NCBI GenBank assembly: GCA_040285855.1
Contig: JAUFOQ010000016.1
Span: 186,001-250,000, forward strand
Reading direction: 5' to 3'
Source of the DNA: Eukaryota sp. GEM-RC1
Lineage: Eukaryota
Length of the DNA stretch: 64,000 nt
The notes below the pieces were generated by a model. That model was given only the letters and a program-made list of their open reading frames with translations. It was not told where the DNA came from and did no database searches. Positions 1-13,247 of this stretch are shown here, piece by piece; positions within the stretch are counted from its first letter, which is position 1; the number at the start of each line of letters is the position of its first letter. The translations under genes were made by a program, and so were the position numbers.

Positions 1-3000
1 TCGTTGTTCTACAGTTGATAGAGTTGGCTTTCGCGAAGAGGAAGATTTTAAAACGAATAAACTTGGAATGTCCGATTCTACTTTAGAAGGAGCCTTTGAC
101 AATGCATTTCTAAAGAGAGCTGTAAACCATTCTAAAGAGTACTGGTACATTGGAGCAATAGTAGAAAGATCAGAAGTACAGAAAAACAGGACTGATGAAG
201 CTTTGGCAACAGGCTCAAAAAGATCACGTTTGCGATCAATTTGAGCTTCGGTTTCTTTGCGACCTTCATATCTTCAGCAATCTTTTTAGCAGTGATTTTA
301 GACTGACCAAGAGTCTCAATCAGGATATCGTCATCAAGAATGTTACCTTCAGCTTTAACCAGCAAATTTAAAATTTTCTTTTCAATTGACAATTGTTCTT
401 CTTCACACTTTGCTTTCTGCAAAATGAGATCATTCTTTTGAACTTCAAGGTCAGGTTCCCACGATTGAACGACTGTAGACAGCAATTGATCAACCAATCC
501 ATCAGGAGTGATTGAGAAATTGATTAAACACACTTTAGCAGCAGTTTCCGGTGGGAAAACGGGATTGGAAAGTTCAGTTACCATGTACAACTTAAAGTTC
601 TCATCATAAGGTACAGTATCACCTAATTGGATATGCAGCATACCTCCAGATTTAAAGACTTGCATGGCAAGAAGAGGATCAAGTGAAGGGTCAATATACT
701 CAGAGATACCTTCAATCAAAACAGGTTTTCCAAATTGAACAGCTCGTTCTAATACTTTGATTAGGTCAGAATCAGTGATTTTGACCGTCACGAGTCCATT
801 GTTGGCTTCCATTAACTTAATCCACTTACTAGCTTGAGTTTGGGGGTCAATGAACAAAGGCCATCGCCTCGACTTCTTTGAGATTAAAGCGTTTTCAATA
901 GAGAATCTATTAGGAGGAAGTTTGTTGATGTTCCATGACTGAATTTCAACAGGATCTCCAACACAACTAACAAAAAGACCATGGCTGTGAGAGAGGGCAT
1001 TTGTGTTCTTGAAGGAAAGTAGTCCAAGAACCAACAAGTTTATCTCTGTACTGTTGATTGAAAGGACCAAGATAGACAACCAATCCAGCTGATAGCAAAA
1101 CGTCTCCAATGACGTTTCCAAAGGAGCTTTCAAGACTTTCAAGGGAAGCTGACCAGTTAACACGTTCATCTTTAAGTCCGTCTAGGAGTTTAACTGCCCT
1201 GTCTAGTTGACGTTCGCAGAGGTTATAACGATCCTCAAGATCTTGCTTCTTGGTAACAGCTGCTTCATAGTTATCAGTGAGTTCTTGAATTGATTTTAGA
1301 ATTTTGTTTAAATTTGCATTCTTGGTATCAAGTTCGGCTTGTAATTGAGTCAATTGCTGCCTTGCTTCAGCTAAAGCTATCTTCTTTGGTGTGATAATCT
1401 CAACAACCTTATGATACTTGTAGACAGCATGAACCCACTCACAGAGAGCTCCTGCTGGTACAGAAGCTTGTTTAATTGCGGGGATGGTAAAGTCCTCTGA
1501 GACAATGTAAGGGGCAATGTTATTAACAACAGAGGCGGGAATATTGTCAGCATCGTATTGATATAGAGAATTGAAAAATTCAGTAACATTTGACAATAGT
1601 TTTGTCGATGGCTCCCAATAATCTTTTTCCTTAGTACCAGGTTTTCTGATAGGTTTAACACCTCTCATAATACAAATAGCTTCCAGTACTAATCGAACAG
1701 GTTTAGGAGGGTTTCTCATGGATCTAATTTCAACAACATCACCCTTGTTGAGACCTTGTAAGGCCTTAACAGCAGCTTCAAGGGCAGGTAAAGCTTCTTG
1801 CAAGGCTTCGTTACATTCCTTTTCAGTGCCTGCAGCTTCTGCAACAAGTTTTTCAACTTCAGCTGTTTCAACTTCAAGAACTTCTTTTTGTTGATCAGCA
1901 ACCTTTTGATCAGCAGTGATCCTAACCATGAGCTCTTCTGTCTCTTGAGCGGCAGTTATTAACTGGGGTTTCAACTCAGTGAGTTCTTCTTGCATTCCCT
2001 TGATTTGATCAGAAGTGGAGCTCAATTGACTTAGACCAATCTTATATCTATCAATATCAGCACGTAAACTTGACGTGATATCGTGGTGAATCTTCTTGAA
2101 AGAAGTGATTAGCTCCAAGAAAAAGGTGGGAGTGATATAGATTCTTCGTTTGAATTCAGAGAAGAACTTACCGGTAGTCTGTTCAACTGATGAATGAGCA
2201 ATAACAAAGAAGTTAACAACATTTGAGTAAATCTCTTCTTCAAGTTCCATATCCTGGAGAAACTCTGAAGCAACTGATCTTAGAGCTTCCTCAGGCCATG
2301 AAGTAAACCAATCAATGGTACAACAATTGACCAATGACGGGAACATTCGAAGTCTGGAGGTAAATGCATCTCCAATGGGGGATAAGCAGAGGACACAATG
2401 AATGTTCTTTCTACAGCGAGATACAAACCAATCCCAGACTTCTTGTCTTCCGTGAGGTCGGCTTTCTTTAACAGCAAGTTGAGTTAGTTCATCTAAAATT
2501 TCATTAACGTCTTCAGAAGGGAAAAGATTAGGTACTTCACCAGAATTTAAAATATTGTTGATGTCTTCTAAAAAGGCTTCGTCTTTAATCTTGGAATCAG
2601 CTAAGATAAACGCAGTTTGCTTATCTTTTAAACCACAATTCTTCATAACTCCTCGTAGAAACTCTCTCCAATCGTTCATTGAGAAATTCTTTGTTATCTC
2701 TACTTCAGAGATATCTAAATCACATATACTAGCAGCTAACCTAGCAACCGACTGTCGTCCAGATCCACCAACTCCAATCAAAAGTGCGTGACCATAGGGT
2801 TGATTGAGAATACGTGATACCCGAAGCACGTGGTCAACGCAGTATTGGAAAAGTACAAGATTCATTGGGGATTGAGAAGTGGAATTATAATCATCAAGGA
2901 AGTCTCGAAGGACATTTCGAAGATTATCAATGGGAGGAAGCTTTTCATACACAATAGGTTCAGCCATGGGATTTAAAACCGATCCAAAAGAGGAAGGAGT

Positions 3001-6000
3001 CTCTCCAAACACGTCATCCAAGTCAACTTCACCAAATGATTCCTTTACAACTGTTTTAAGAAGTTCATCAAACCACTGTCTATCAGTATCATCAATCAAA
3101 CGATCTCTAAAGACTCTGCTAGACTCATGGACCCATAGGGAAACCATATCAGTAGCAGAAGTCATTGTAGTGGGAGTGGCCTGCATAATTCCTTGGAAAA
3201 CCTTGGAGATATCACGAAGATTAAAAGTGTAATGAGATTTAGAAGGAGTTGGAAGGAGGGTGGAACAAACAGTTGAGTAAACTTTAACAGAGGATTCAAC
3301 AACTGTTGATGAAAGACGACGAATGGAACCCCCGAATTTGTCAGTAAACCAATTGAAAATTTTGGTGTAAATTCGAGTCAAAGTAACAGAATTTAAATTT
3401 GTGAATGAAATTAAATTGAAATGACGTACAAATCTTGGAGTAATATCAGTTCGACCACCACCGGGATGACCCATTGCAGCAATAAACTGAATATCAATCA
3501 ATCTTTTTAAACTGTAGAGTTTTACGATCATACCAACCTTCATAATCCATCCATTGTCGAAGGAGCTCTACTGGAGGTTGCGCTCCATAGACTTCCTTTT
3601 GGGCATATTCAGATCATCAACAAAGATTATACCACGTTGACCAAGGGGAGGTCCATAAACATCTTTTCTTCGTTTGGAGTCGATTTTACCATCAATAATA
3701 TCTTGAACTTGATTGCAGTCAGTTCTAGCTGAGAAACCCAAAAAGGAAGGAATGAACTTCGACTTATCAAGAGTTGACGTCAACACTTTCTTCATGATTA
3801 CAGTTTTAGAAGTTCCAGTAGGACCAGTGAAAAGGACGGGAAATTTGGAGTGAATTAGAGTTTCCAAAATGTAAGAATAACGAATGGTATCAACAGTGTC
3901 AACAATAATCTCATGGAATGGAATAGTTTCAGGTAAAGAAAACTCAGGTACAGTTTGATACCAATCAATCCAATCATAACGCTCGAAATCCCATGCGTAA
4001 TCATAAAGAGTCTCATTTCTAGGAAGGTCTACAGAGAGTTTGAATTTCATTTCTTTCTTGGCGCTAAGCTTCTGCACAACAAATTCATTAAAAGAAACAC
4101 GGTCATCAAGCAATCCAGTTGCACCAATAGACCAAAATAAAGCAAAGATCACGACAGCTTCAACAGAAGTCTCGGCATGTCTGACTCCCATAGTATCAAT
4201 GGTCTCTTTACAATCAAGATGTTGATTGAAAAGAGCTTCAATTATATTCAAGAAGGACTTAACTAACATAGAAGCCGTTGTCTTGACTGGCTCACGAATA
4301 TTTCGTCGAACAAATTCTGTACAATCATCAATCAAATACTCAGAAATATTTGAAATAATATCCTTGAAATCGAGCAAATGCTCAGGAATCTCATTCATCC
4401 AGGACTCATACAAAGGCCTCCACCCAAGTTGAGTTAACTCACAGTAAACCATACCACATCTAGAAACGGTAGCAGGAGAAGCTACAGCCAAATCCTGGAC
4501 TTCAAACATCATAGTCATGTAAGGTGTAAGTTGAATGATATCACCAGAAGGCAAACAAAGCTTCTTGTTATCATCTAGTACCGTGTTCATAGACTCAATC
4601 CAAACAGCATCAACAGGACCATCAAATACGACCCAATGACGATCAGTAGTACGATCTCTTGAGCTATTACGAACAAGGAAACCTATAAGACCATCAACAA
4701 CTTCTTGAGAAAGTTCATCACGATAACCATAGAGCTGACCTTGAGTGACAGACTTTGGATTAAGATAATGGCGGTGAACTGGGGTGAACTCCTCTGACTT
4801 TGATGCCAGCTTGGTCATGGCTTCACCGAGTACTTTAATTACAGAAGATTTACCACTGAAAGAGAGACCAACAAGCATAAGACCATGTCTAACCATGACA
4901 GTTTCATATAGTTGGATAACTTTCTTAACAAATTCGGGGTGAGGTTGGAGCTTATTCTCAGTGATAGACTCATTAATTGCAGACAACATGAGATCGTAGT
5001 CTGGTTCAGGAACTACTGTAGTTGGGAAAAGATCGGATATGATGTTGATGAAGAGAGAGACGTCTTGATGAAGGAATTTTGGAACATTGACATCTGATAG
5101 TGCTCTAAAAATTAAAATATCTTCATCTTCTTCCATAAACTTACGTTTTAGAGCTCCTGCGGCTGTTAGCACAGTTTTGACAGCTCTCATACCAAAATCA
5201 TAATGACTCTGAGATGACAGTTGTTCAGAAGCCAATTGGAAAGTGGAAACCAATTTCTTTGACAAAGGTCTAGCATTTTCAAAACCAAATGACATTAAAA
5301 CAATTTCTGAAATCATAGCATAGTCAGGAACCATCATAGCAACTGGACGGAAAAGAGCCTTCAAGTTATCAGGAAGTTCAGTTCTACCAGCATAACCAGG
5401 ATTCATAGTAATAAAAACAGCACAATTCCGATCAACTTTAAGACGGGAACCTTCGAAATCTATTGTAGCAGCATTTTCTCTGATTGCTTGCTGAATAGAT
5501 AGAATCTGTTGGGCAATGACAGAAAGTACTTCCAAATTAATTCTATTAAACTCATCAAAACAAGCCCAGGCACCGGAAGCAACCAGACCCTTGAAGAACT
5601 TAGCCATAGCCAAAACATCGAGTGAATCTGAACAATTGTATACAACACACTGTTTAGCAAGGGCTTTGGCCAAATCCTTGGTAGTTTCAGTCTTACCAGT
5701 ACCAGCAGGACCAGCTGGAGCTCCTCCAAGATTAAGTTGCATGGCAGACATCAAAGTGACATAACATCTGTCAGTAAGTGGGGTAATTACAAGCCTAGCA
5801 GTGTTACCTAGATATTCATAACCGTACTCTACAGTAGCAGTGACTTGTTTAATAAGAATAGTGTTGTTCTCGTAGTAATAACGAAGCTGAGAGAGCCACA
5901 GGAAATCTTCAATGGATGAAACACCTTCAGCCGCCATTTTAGTAACAATATCTCTGTTATGTACATCAATAGTAATAAGAGCTGAAACTGTAATTTGTTC

Positions 6001-9000
6001 GGACTTTTTTAAATCTCCACGGACCAAATGAATAATGTCCATCAACTGATTGTCTAAAACTTCTTTAAATGCCAATAGTCCTTCTACTCCTGATGACGTG
6101 ATAGCTTCCGTTACTCCACGTGTCCACTGGATTTGAGAGATTGCCAATACAGCTTGAGAAGGCCATTTGAGAACCCAATCGGTTCTAGGAGTTTTAGAGT
6201 AATCAAGAAGAGCCTCACCCATGACTTTACGTAGAGAAGTTCTCATAACAGATTCTACTTCATTCAACCATTTTTCAATCAAAGTTGATGGCGTGATAAA
6301 GCGATCAAAAGGAACCTTTTCATTTTCAGCGGAAAACATGGCTTGAATAGAAGACTTGTCTTGGGAGAACTCTAGGCGATCAATAGCTTCGAAACATGAC
6401 CGTAGATGAGGATTTACCTTAGTCGGATCCTTAGTTTCAGACAAAATTTCAAGTAGACCATCGTTGGAAAGGAAATAGAATCTAGGGAAGGCCTGACGCT
6501 TGGTTTCAAGGTAATCCGAAAGACCCTTTTGAATAATTTCAAGAGACTCATTGGCAGAAGTGAATGATTTGAGTAGATTCTCATCATTACACATGTGAAG
6601 AACATTAGGTCCCTTAGAAACTCTTTCCATCAGTGCCTTCCACAGAGAATTGACTTCAGCGAATCGCTTTGATTCATCAGGAAGTTGTCTAACAATATCT
6701 TCAGAACAAAAGATTGGTTCTAGATACATCCAGGACTTTTGTACTTGGAGCCACTGTTCAATGACATCAGAGATGAGAAGAAGTTCTTCCTCAAAGATTC
6801 TAGCGCGATCTTCAAACGGTTTAATGAAAGGTGAACCTCTAATAGTTTGAGTGTTTACAATTTGTTCATCAAGAATCAGAACTAAATCGTCCGTTGCTCT
6901 TAGAATAAAGGTGCCAGCATCATGAGTTTTAAGTTCGAACTCAAGTTTTTCCCATTCAGCAGCCATTTTATCAAGATTTTGTTCGATATTATGTTCACGA
7001 CCAGCAACAGCAGCCACTTCTTGAATCTTCGAAATATGTTGGTAAATATTTAAATCCAGTAAATCTTGCAATTTCAGATCCTGGGATGGTCTGATAGGAA
7101 TTCCGACAATTGAACTAATTTGTTTGTCCCAATGTCTTGTCTTTAAACCAGGTGATCTCAAAGACTGTACAATTTCTATAGATTTTTTAAATTCTACTAA
7201 CCGATCCTTTAGAGCAGTACAAACTTGGAAAGGCATTGGAAGCTCTTTAAAAGCTCTAGTTCTTTTAACCAATGACTTATTCCACTGTTGAACAGTATCA
7301 GCAATAACATTCGGATCAAGTGAGACAAAAGAAGTGTTGAGCCAAATAGGAATTTGCTTGGAAATTTCAGCAGCCATGGTCCAGAGAACATAATAATCAT
7401 CAAAGTCTTTCTCAACTGTTGCAAACATTTCAAAGGGAGTGACATCTTGTTGAAACAATGCTTCACGGGAATTGATCAAACGGATATCGTCACTAGTCTG
7501 ATCAAGACGTTTCTTGAGCTCTAATACACGTTCTTCTAGTAAAGGAGCAGCCAGAATATCACCTTCGTGTTGTAAATCTTCAGCTTTCTCAGCAAGAGTT
7601 TCAATATCTTGAGAAACACTAGTCTTTGAAGCTTCTAGCTCCATAACCATAGAGTTGCGTACTTCATCCAGCTTGAATTGTTGGTCAGTGACAGTGTCGT
7701 CAATTCGAGTAGACCATGAGAGGACTTCAACGTAGTTAGAGAGAGTAGATTCAGCGTGTTGGTAATAGAATGAATCTAGTAAATTCAATTTGATTTGAAT
7801 ATTTGAAATTTTGTGTTGAATATCAGCCTCTTCATCGGGTAGTCCTGCAATAAACTTCTTAAGATCATTAAGTTCTTCAGGATTCGTGGGAGTCTGAAGT
7901 AGCCGATCTTCAATTTCTTGATATCTATCAATAACTGATTGACAAGAAGTTTCAAGAAGCTTGGATACTTGGAACAGTAATATATCACCAAACATCTTAG
8001 CCTTTTCAGCAACAAGAGTTTTAGTACGTTGACAGTCGATAGAAACAATTTCAAATTTAACTAGAGAAACGAAATCAATTTCTATAGTTGAACATGCTTC
8101 AAAGTGACGACGAATCTCCTTAGAAAACACTTCAAGATCAACAGTGCTAAAGTCCAATTCTTCAACTGCTTCAACATCAGCTTCAGGAACCTCTTCAGAA
8201 TTAACCTCAGCTTGATTGGGGTCCGACTCAGTCTCTTCTGGTTGAGATTTTTGTGAAAGAGATTTGAAGAATTTAGCAAGATATTCATCTGGAGTCAAAG
8301 TCACGTATTCCTTGAAATCATCGAATTGTTTAAGAAACACTGAAATCGGAGTAAAGAGCTTATCCATCATTTCATGCACTTTACTTCTACAAACAGTAAA
8401 ATCACCATCTAAGAATCCAGAAACACTATAAACTTCTTCGGGAAGACCTAGATTACTTAAAACTTGGTGAGCTAATTCTGGCACTTCAGAGATACAATTA
8501 ACACAAGAATCAAACAAGGAATCAAGCGTTTCTTTAATACTGGAAAGGGAAGGAACAAAGAAGAATGGGGGTGAGGCATCCTTGTTTGAATCTAGGACTA
8601 CCTTGATTAGGGGAACTGTTGCGGGTTTAAAGAAGATTCCATAATTGTCATCTTGTGAGTCGGTAGTAGAAGTAAAAGATTCGATAAAATTCAATATCTG
8701 CTGTCCACTTGTGATTAACATTGTTTTCAAAGAGTCTGCTAATGATAAATTTAACACTTTCAGTACCGCTCCAATTCGACCGCGATCTTCTGCTGAGGAG
8801 AAATCTCCCAATGAAGAAATAGTCCCATCGATTGAAGCGTAATTGAAACCCATTGTAAGCGAAGAGACAGACTCGGCGAGTTCTTCTCGTACAATTGAAG
8901 CTACTTTAGGAGAAAACTCTGTGATTAAATAATCTCTTATTCCCCCGGAATACTTTTCCTGAAGCTGAACAAATCTTAATAGATCTAAGGGCCAATCAAC

Positions 9001-10121
9001 ATTATTAAAAGTAAGATCAACAAGCGGGCTTTGTTCTAACTCACGAAGTAGAGGTAGATATTTCATTAAAACTTTACTAGCATCCTTTCGACAAATTAAA
9101 GACTTATGTTGAATAAAGTTTTGAAGTAAAGAAAAGTTATAACCTGGGACTGGAACGATCCCAACTTCAGGAACTGGCTTGGACGGTAAGAACTCTCCAG
9201 AAACTGAAAGTCCACCGAATTTATCAGCGTAAATAGGATCTTTGAGTTTGTAAGTTAAGGACGAAAGCTGTGTAGCCAGCTTGTAATCACCAATCAATTC
9301 TGATTCCAACTCCTTTAACAAAGAAGGAGAAGCCTCCTTAACCATATTTAAAAAGTTCTGTAATTTTTTGGAGTTTAACTCTGGCAAAGTGTCTGAGAGC
9401 TCCTCAGCAAGTATTCTAAAGCGAATTCTCCTTTCAATCTCAGCTCTACGTTCTTCAGCAACCTGCCAACGTTCCTCCCATTGCACTTTGTCTTCGTCCG
9501 TGAACAATAGATTTGGTCTGGATACTCTGGGTTTAACAGTACCATTCTCCCATTTGATAGAGTAACGGAGAGAGGAAGGATCGTAGGACAGAACAGTGCA
9601 AGGAAGCCACGAGTGTTCATCTGTTTGGTGGTTGTAGAACTTAGACAAAGCAGAGGTAGAAGGAAGAGATGTATAGGGATCTGTTTCCCAGGTGTCAAAG
9701 AACTCTAGAGGAAGAAAGCCTCTGTTGGGTATTGAAGTTTTATCAAGGGATGAGATGAGGGATTCGATTTCAGACTTGTATTTGAGGGACTCAATTGATT
9801 CAGTAGGAATGTCCATAGAGAAAGATGTCAGTTCAGAGGAATGAGAGGGTATAGGGGTTAATAGACGTTGATGTTGTTTTGGTTTCTGATTAGATAGGGA
9901 TCTGACATGGAGGGCATTGAGATGCTTGGCGGAAGGGGAATAGTTGGATCCAATGACTTGAGAAGGAGATGGTGGGGGTTATCAGAAGAAAAAGTACCAG
10001 TTGAAGACTTGGTTGGCGCAATTGTGTCAGGTAGAGGAGGAGCGCCTAAACGGTTCACATTTGATATAACATCTAAAGTAGCTCTTGTAAGCCTACTATA
10101 GGCTGTGTTGAACTCCTTCAT
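1..10121 (-). CDS. Axonemal inner-arm dynein heavy chain, DNAH1-like; 3' end runs off the window
   Basis: AAA1 P-loop GPAGTGKT with CFDEFNR, AAA2 [11 protein letters not shown]3 [11 protein letters not shown]4 GVGGSGRQS, stalk/MTBD and AAA5 (RWPLFIDPQ). The N-terminus (FLPLEFFD...[12 protein letters not shown]) resembles DNAH1. The four ORF-track pieces join after 1-nt homopolymer corrections near 9974-9978, 3597-3600, 3504-3508, 972-976 and 256-258; this restores e.g. [22 protein letters not shown]. Confidence 0.95.
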
Positions 10122-10203
10122 ATGTGAAAGATTTATAGTACAAGTACAGAATTGTGGTTACGAAATTGATTGATGGTGAACAATTCCTTCACTCTTATAA
10201 CTT

Positions 10204-10743
10204 ATGTTCAAACGCATACAACCAGGTGGTTTATACTCTAGTGACGACGAGGCTGAGTCTGACACCAACATCAATACCCCTCACTGTGAATCTCAAGATG
10301 AGGATGTCTCTTATGCCAGTTCTACTGATAATTCTGAGAATGAGGATCTTCAAATAACAGAAGATAAGCTGGAGGAAATGTCAGAAACAGAATTATTTGA
10401 ACTACTTGATAAGCAGGGTCTTTTACAGGAATATATGGCCTCTCTAGAACAAGAAGATGAAGAAGATTGTGAGGATGAATCACAAGAGACTTCAGAAACA
10501 GATGATGTGGATAAATGGCCAAAGAAGTGTGATGCATGTCCAGATAAGGTTTTATTAAATCAACAACAACTAGATGATCATGTGAAATCAAAGATCCACA
10601 AGAAAAACCTTCGAAAATTCAAAAGGTCTGAGATTTCCACAGAAGAATTAGTAAAGAAAATGGAACGTAATAGTCGGAAAAAACAGAGGAGGGCGGAGAG
10701 AAACAAACACACAAACGACGTCAAGAAGGTTAGTTTACAGTAA
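10204..10743 (+). CDS. Acidic protein with a C2H2 (matrin/U1-like) zinc finger and basic C-terminal tail
   Basis: CDACPDKVLLNQQQLDDHVKSKIHKK; D/E-rich N-terminal half. Confidence 0.75.
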   Translation: MFKRIQPGGLYSSDDEAESDTNINTPHCESQDEDVSYASSTDNSENEDLQITEDKLEEMSETELFELLDKQGLLQEYMASLEQEDEEDCEDESQETSETDDVDKWPKKCDACPDKVLLNQQQLDDHVKSKIHKKNLRKFKRSEISTEELVKKMERNSRKKQRRAERNKHTNDVKKVSLQ

Positions 10744-10959
10744 TTTAATTTAGTATTTTTTTGTTATGATTAAGCACGTTGAAGCAACTTCATTTGAATC
10801 CAGTTGGGTATATTTCTCATTCTAGAGTTTCCACATACCAAAAGAAGGGTGCATGTAGTTTCATAAAATGAAGTAGTGATCTTACAGTAGTTCAAATCAA
10901 AAGGAGAATTCAACAAAAACAACAGACTGGTGGAAAGACAATAAAGCATATGTTATCCA

Positions 10960-11373
10960 TTAATCAGATGCTGTAGAGGATATAGAATCGTAAGCAGTCT
11001 TGAAGTCTCGAAAGGTCAGTCTTCCATCTCTATCGGAGTCAAACTTTTGGAAAATGGTGGGAAGAAGTTCAGGTCCAAGATGAGGAGCTACATCATTTAG
11101 TATGAGAGATAGATCTTCTTTAGAGACAAATCCGAGACCTCTTACATCAAGGGACTGAAAAGAGAACGTATATAAGAGAATGTATCCTGTTTCTGGGCTT
11201 CCAATGTAGCGACAAAAGGGTTCTAGAGATACAGAATTTCCACATCTGTTTATAAAAGAAATAAATGAAGAAGGGGTATATCCAAGACAAGCAATCATGG
11301 CCAACTCACAGGTTTGAGGGGATAGAAGGTTCTTATTGCCGGCATATTGGACAAAAGCTGCTGATGGATCCAT
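10960..11373 (-). CDS. EF-hand calcium-binding protein (calmodulin-like)
   Basis: C-terminal EF-hand pair DVRGLGFVSKEDL and DSDRDGRLTFRDF. Confidence 0.85.
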   Translation of the reverse strand: MDPSAAFVQYAGNKNLLSPQTCELAMIACLGYTPSSFISFINRCGNSVSLEPFCRYIGSPETGYILLYTFSFQSLDVRGLGFVSKEDLSLILNDVAPHLGPELLPTIFQKFDSDRDGRLTFRDFKTAYDSISSTASD

Positions 11374-11431
11374 TTTTGGGAAAGTTTGTTTTGTTTACAT
11401 CAAAGCTATTTGTCGACTATTTCGACTAAAG

Positions 11432-12655
11432 ATGTCACAACTTCTACGTAAGGTTATTCGTCAGGAACATTCAGCGTCTGTTTGCTCAGAAACAGATTCT
11501 GACTCTGATACATGTGTTGCTAGACTAACTGCACAACAAACAATGAAGCTGTCTATTTTTATTCCTGATGATTCAGATGACTCTGACTCTCAACTACTCC
11601 AACATTCATTGTCAATGAGCAGTTCTTCAATGGGAAATTCACCAGGAGCTGAAGCCCTTTCACCAGCCCAATCACCGGACCTCAGCTATGATGACTTTCA
11701 GTCAACGTTTTCACCAGCATTTATTTCTGATATGAAAAGTCTGGATTTGTACACGCCAGCTTTTGGTAGTTATGACGTGAGCCTGCCCCCAACACCCTTT
11801 CCATCAGCTGGAAGCAAAAATCCAAAGAATAATGCGAACCGCAGTGACAATTATCGATATCTTAAGGGGAGAGTATTGGGTTCTGGTACCTCTGGTGTTG
11901 TGTATGAATGTCTCGATGTAGTATCAGGAAGGTTTATTGCCTGTAAGGAAGTGATGTTCACCAGCAAATCGTCAGAAGCTTCTGCACTGAAGGAAGTGAC
12001 AATGCTATCAAGTATCAAACATCCTAACATTGTAAGATGTTTTGGATTTAAGGTTCATGCAAACAAATTGATGATCTTTCAAGAACTTCTGAATCAGACA
12101 TTGAAGAATGTTGTGGTGAACTTTGAACAATTTCCAATTGGCTTAGTTAAGAATTATGGAAAACAAATCGCTCAAGCTCTGGATTACTTACATAATGAGA
12201 AGAAAACAGTTCATCGTGATGTAAAACTTGTTAACATCTTTGTGTCCAATGATGGGATAATCAAGCTCGGTGATTTTGGTTCTGCTACTCTTTCTAAAAC
12301 CCTTAAAACTGACAATACGTCTGGTTTGGACACTTTAATAGGAACACCTTGCTTTATGGCACCAGAGGTTCTTCTACAAAAGAGTTATGGGCGTAAAGCC
12401 GATGTCTTCAGCTTTGGTGCAGTGCTATACGGTATGGCTAATCAAGGCCATCCACCATGGGCGGAAAAACTGGCTCAAAAGAGTAACTTAATAAGTTTTT
12501 TGTATGACATTGCACACACTGTCGAAAGTCCTCAAATGCCGAAATCTTTTGATACCAAATTAATTAGTTTACTAGAACGGTGCTTTGAACGTGATCCAGT
12601 TGATAGACCATCGATTAGACAGATCTTGTCTGACCCTTTCTTTGATGACGTTTGA
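11432..12655 (+). CDS. Ser/Thr protein kinase, STE11/MAPKKK-like
   Basis: GSGTSG, IACKEV, HRDVK, DFG and GTPCFMAPE motifs; Ser-rich N-terminus. First in-frame ATG is at 11432 (the ORF-track start 11336 overlaps the EF-hand gene). Confidence 0.9.
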   Translation: MSQLLRKVIRQEHSASVCSETDSDSDTCVARLTAQQTMKLSIFIPDDSDDSDSQLLQHSLSMSSSSMGNSPGAEALSPAQSPDLSYDDFQSTFSPAFISDMKSLDLYTPAFGSYDVSLPPTPFPSAGSKNPKNNANRSDNYRYLKGRVLGSGTSGVVYECLDVVSGRFIACKEVMFTSKSSEASALKEVTMLSSIKHPNIVRCFGFKVHANKLMIFQELLNQTLKNVVVNFEQFPIGLVKNYGKQIAQALDYLHNEKKTVHRDVKLVNIFVSNDGIIKLGDFGSATLSKTLKTDNTSGLDTLIGTPCFMAPEVLLQKSYGRKADVFSFGAVLYGMANQGHPPWAEKLAQKSNLISFLYDIAHTVESPQMPKSFDTKLISLLERCFERDPVDRPSIRQILSDPFFDDV

Positions 12656-12887
12656 GTATTTTGATTGAGGTAAATGACGATTTTTCAAGAATACAATATA
12701 CTGATGTTTTTGTTTACATCGTATTGTTCAATAGAAGAAAACTAAAAGTCATGTATTGTAAATGTGAGATGATGAACTGTATACTGTACATGTAAATGTA
12801 CAGTATGTACATATATATAGGATTACATTTAATTTTATGAATTTAGAGTTTATTTGGAACAATATATTAATACATACTACATGTAAT

Positions 12888-13240
12888 TCATAAAATGAAA
12901 GAAGTTAAATTCTCCACATCAACACGAGAATTATCCCTATACAAGTTCGAATAAATGGAACTTAAATACCTGGGAATGCTTCTAAAAATAACAAATATAA
13001 TTCGATTAATCCATACAGCACTATCAAAAATCTTGCCATTAAAACGACAGAAAAGACTAAATTCGCTGAAAATTTTTAAACCTGTTGGACTAATATTACC
13101 AAAAATTGAAATTGCAAATGGAACATATGAAAACTTAGAATATAAAATTTGATTAAGCTTTTCAAAGCATCCGCATAATTTGAACACTTTCGCTGTTCAG
13201 CAAATTTATGAATTAATTCAAAAGGTACAAATTGTACAAA
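12888..13240 (-). mobile_element. 3' remnant of an RLE-type non-LTR retrotransposon
   Basis: AEQRKCSNY...YVPFAISIFGNISP...WINRIIFVIFR parallels the C-terminus of the 27320-27973 endonuclease; frameshifted. Confidence 0.7.
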
Positions 13241-13247
13241 AACAGAG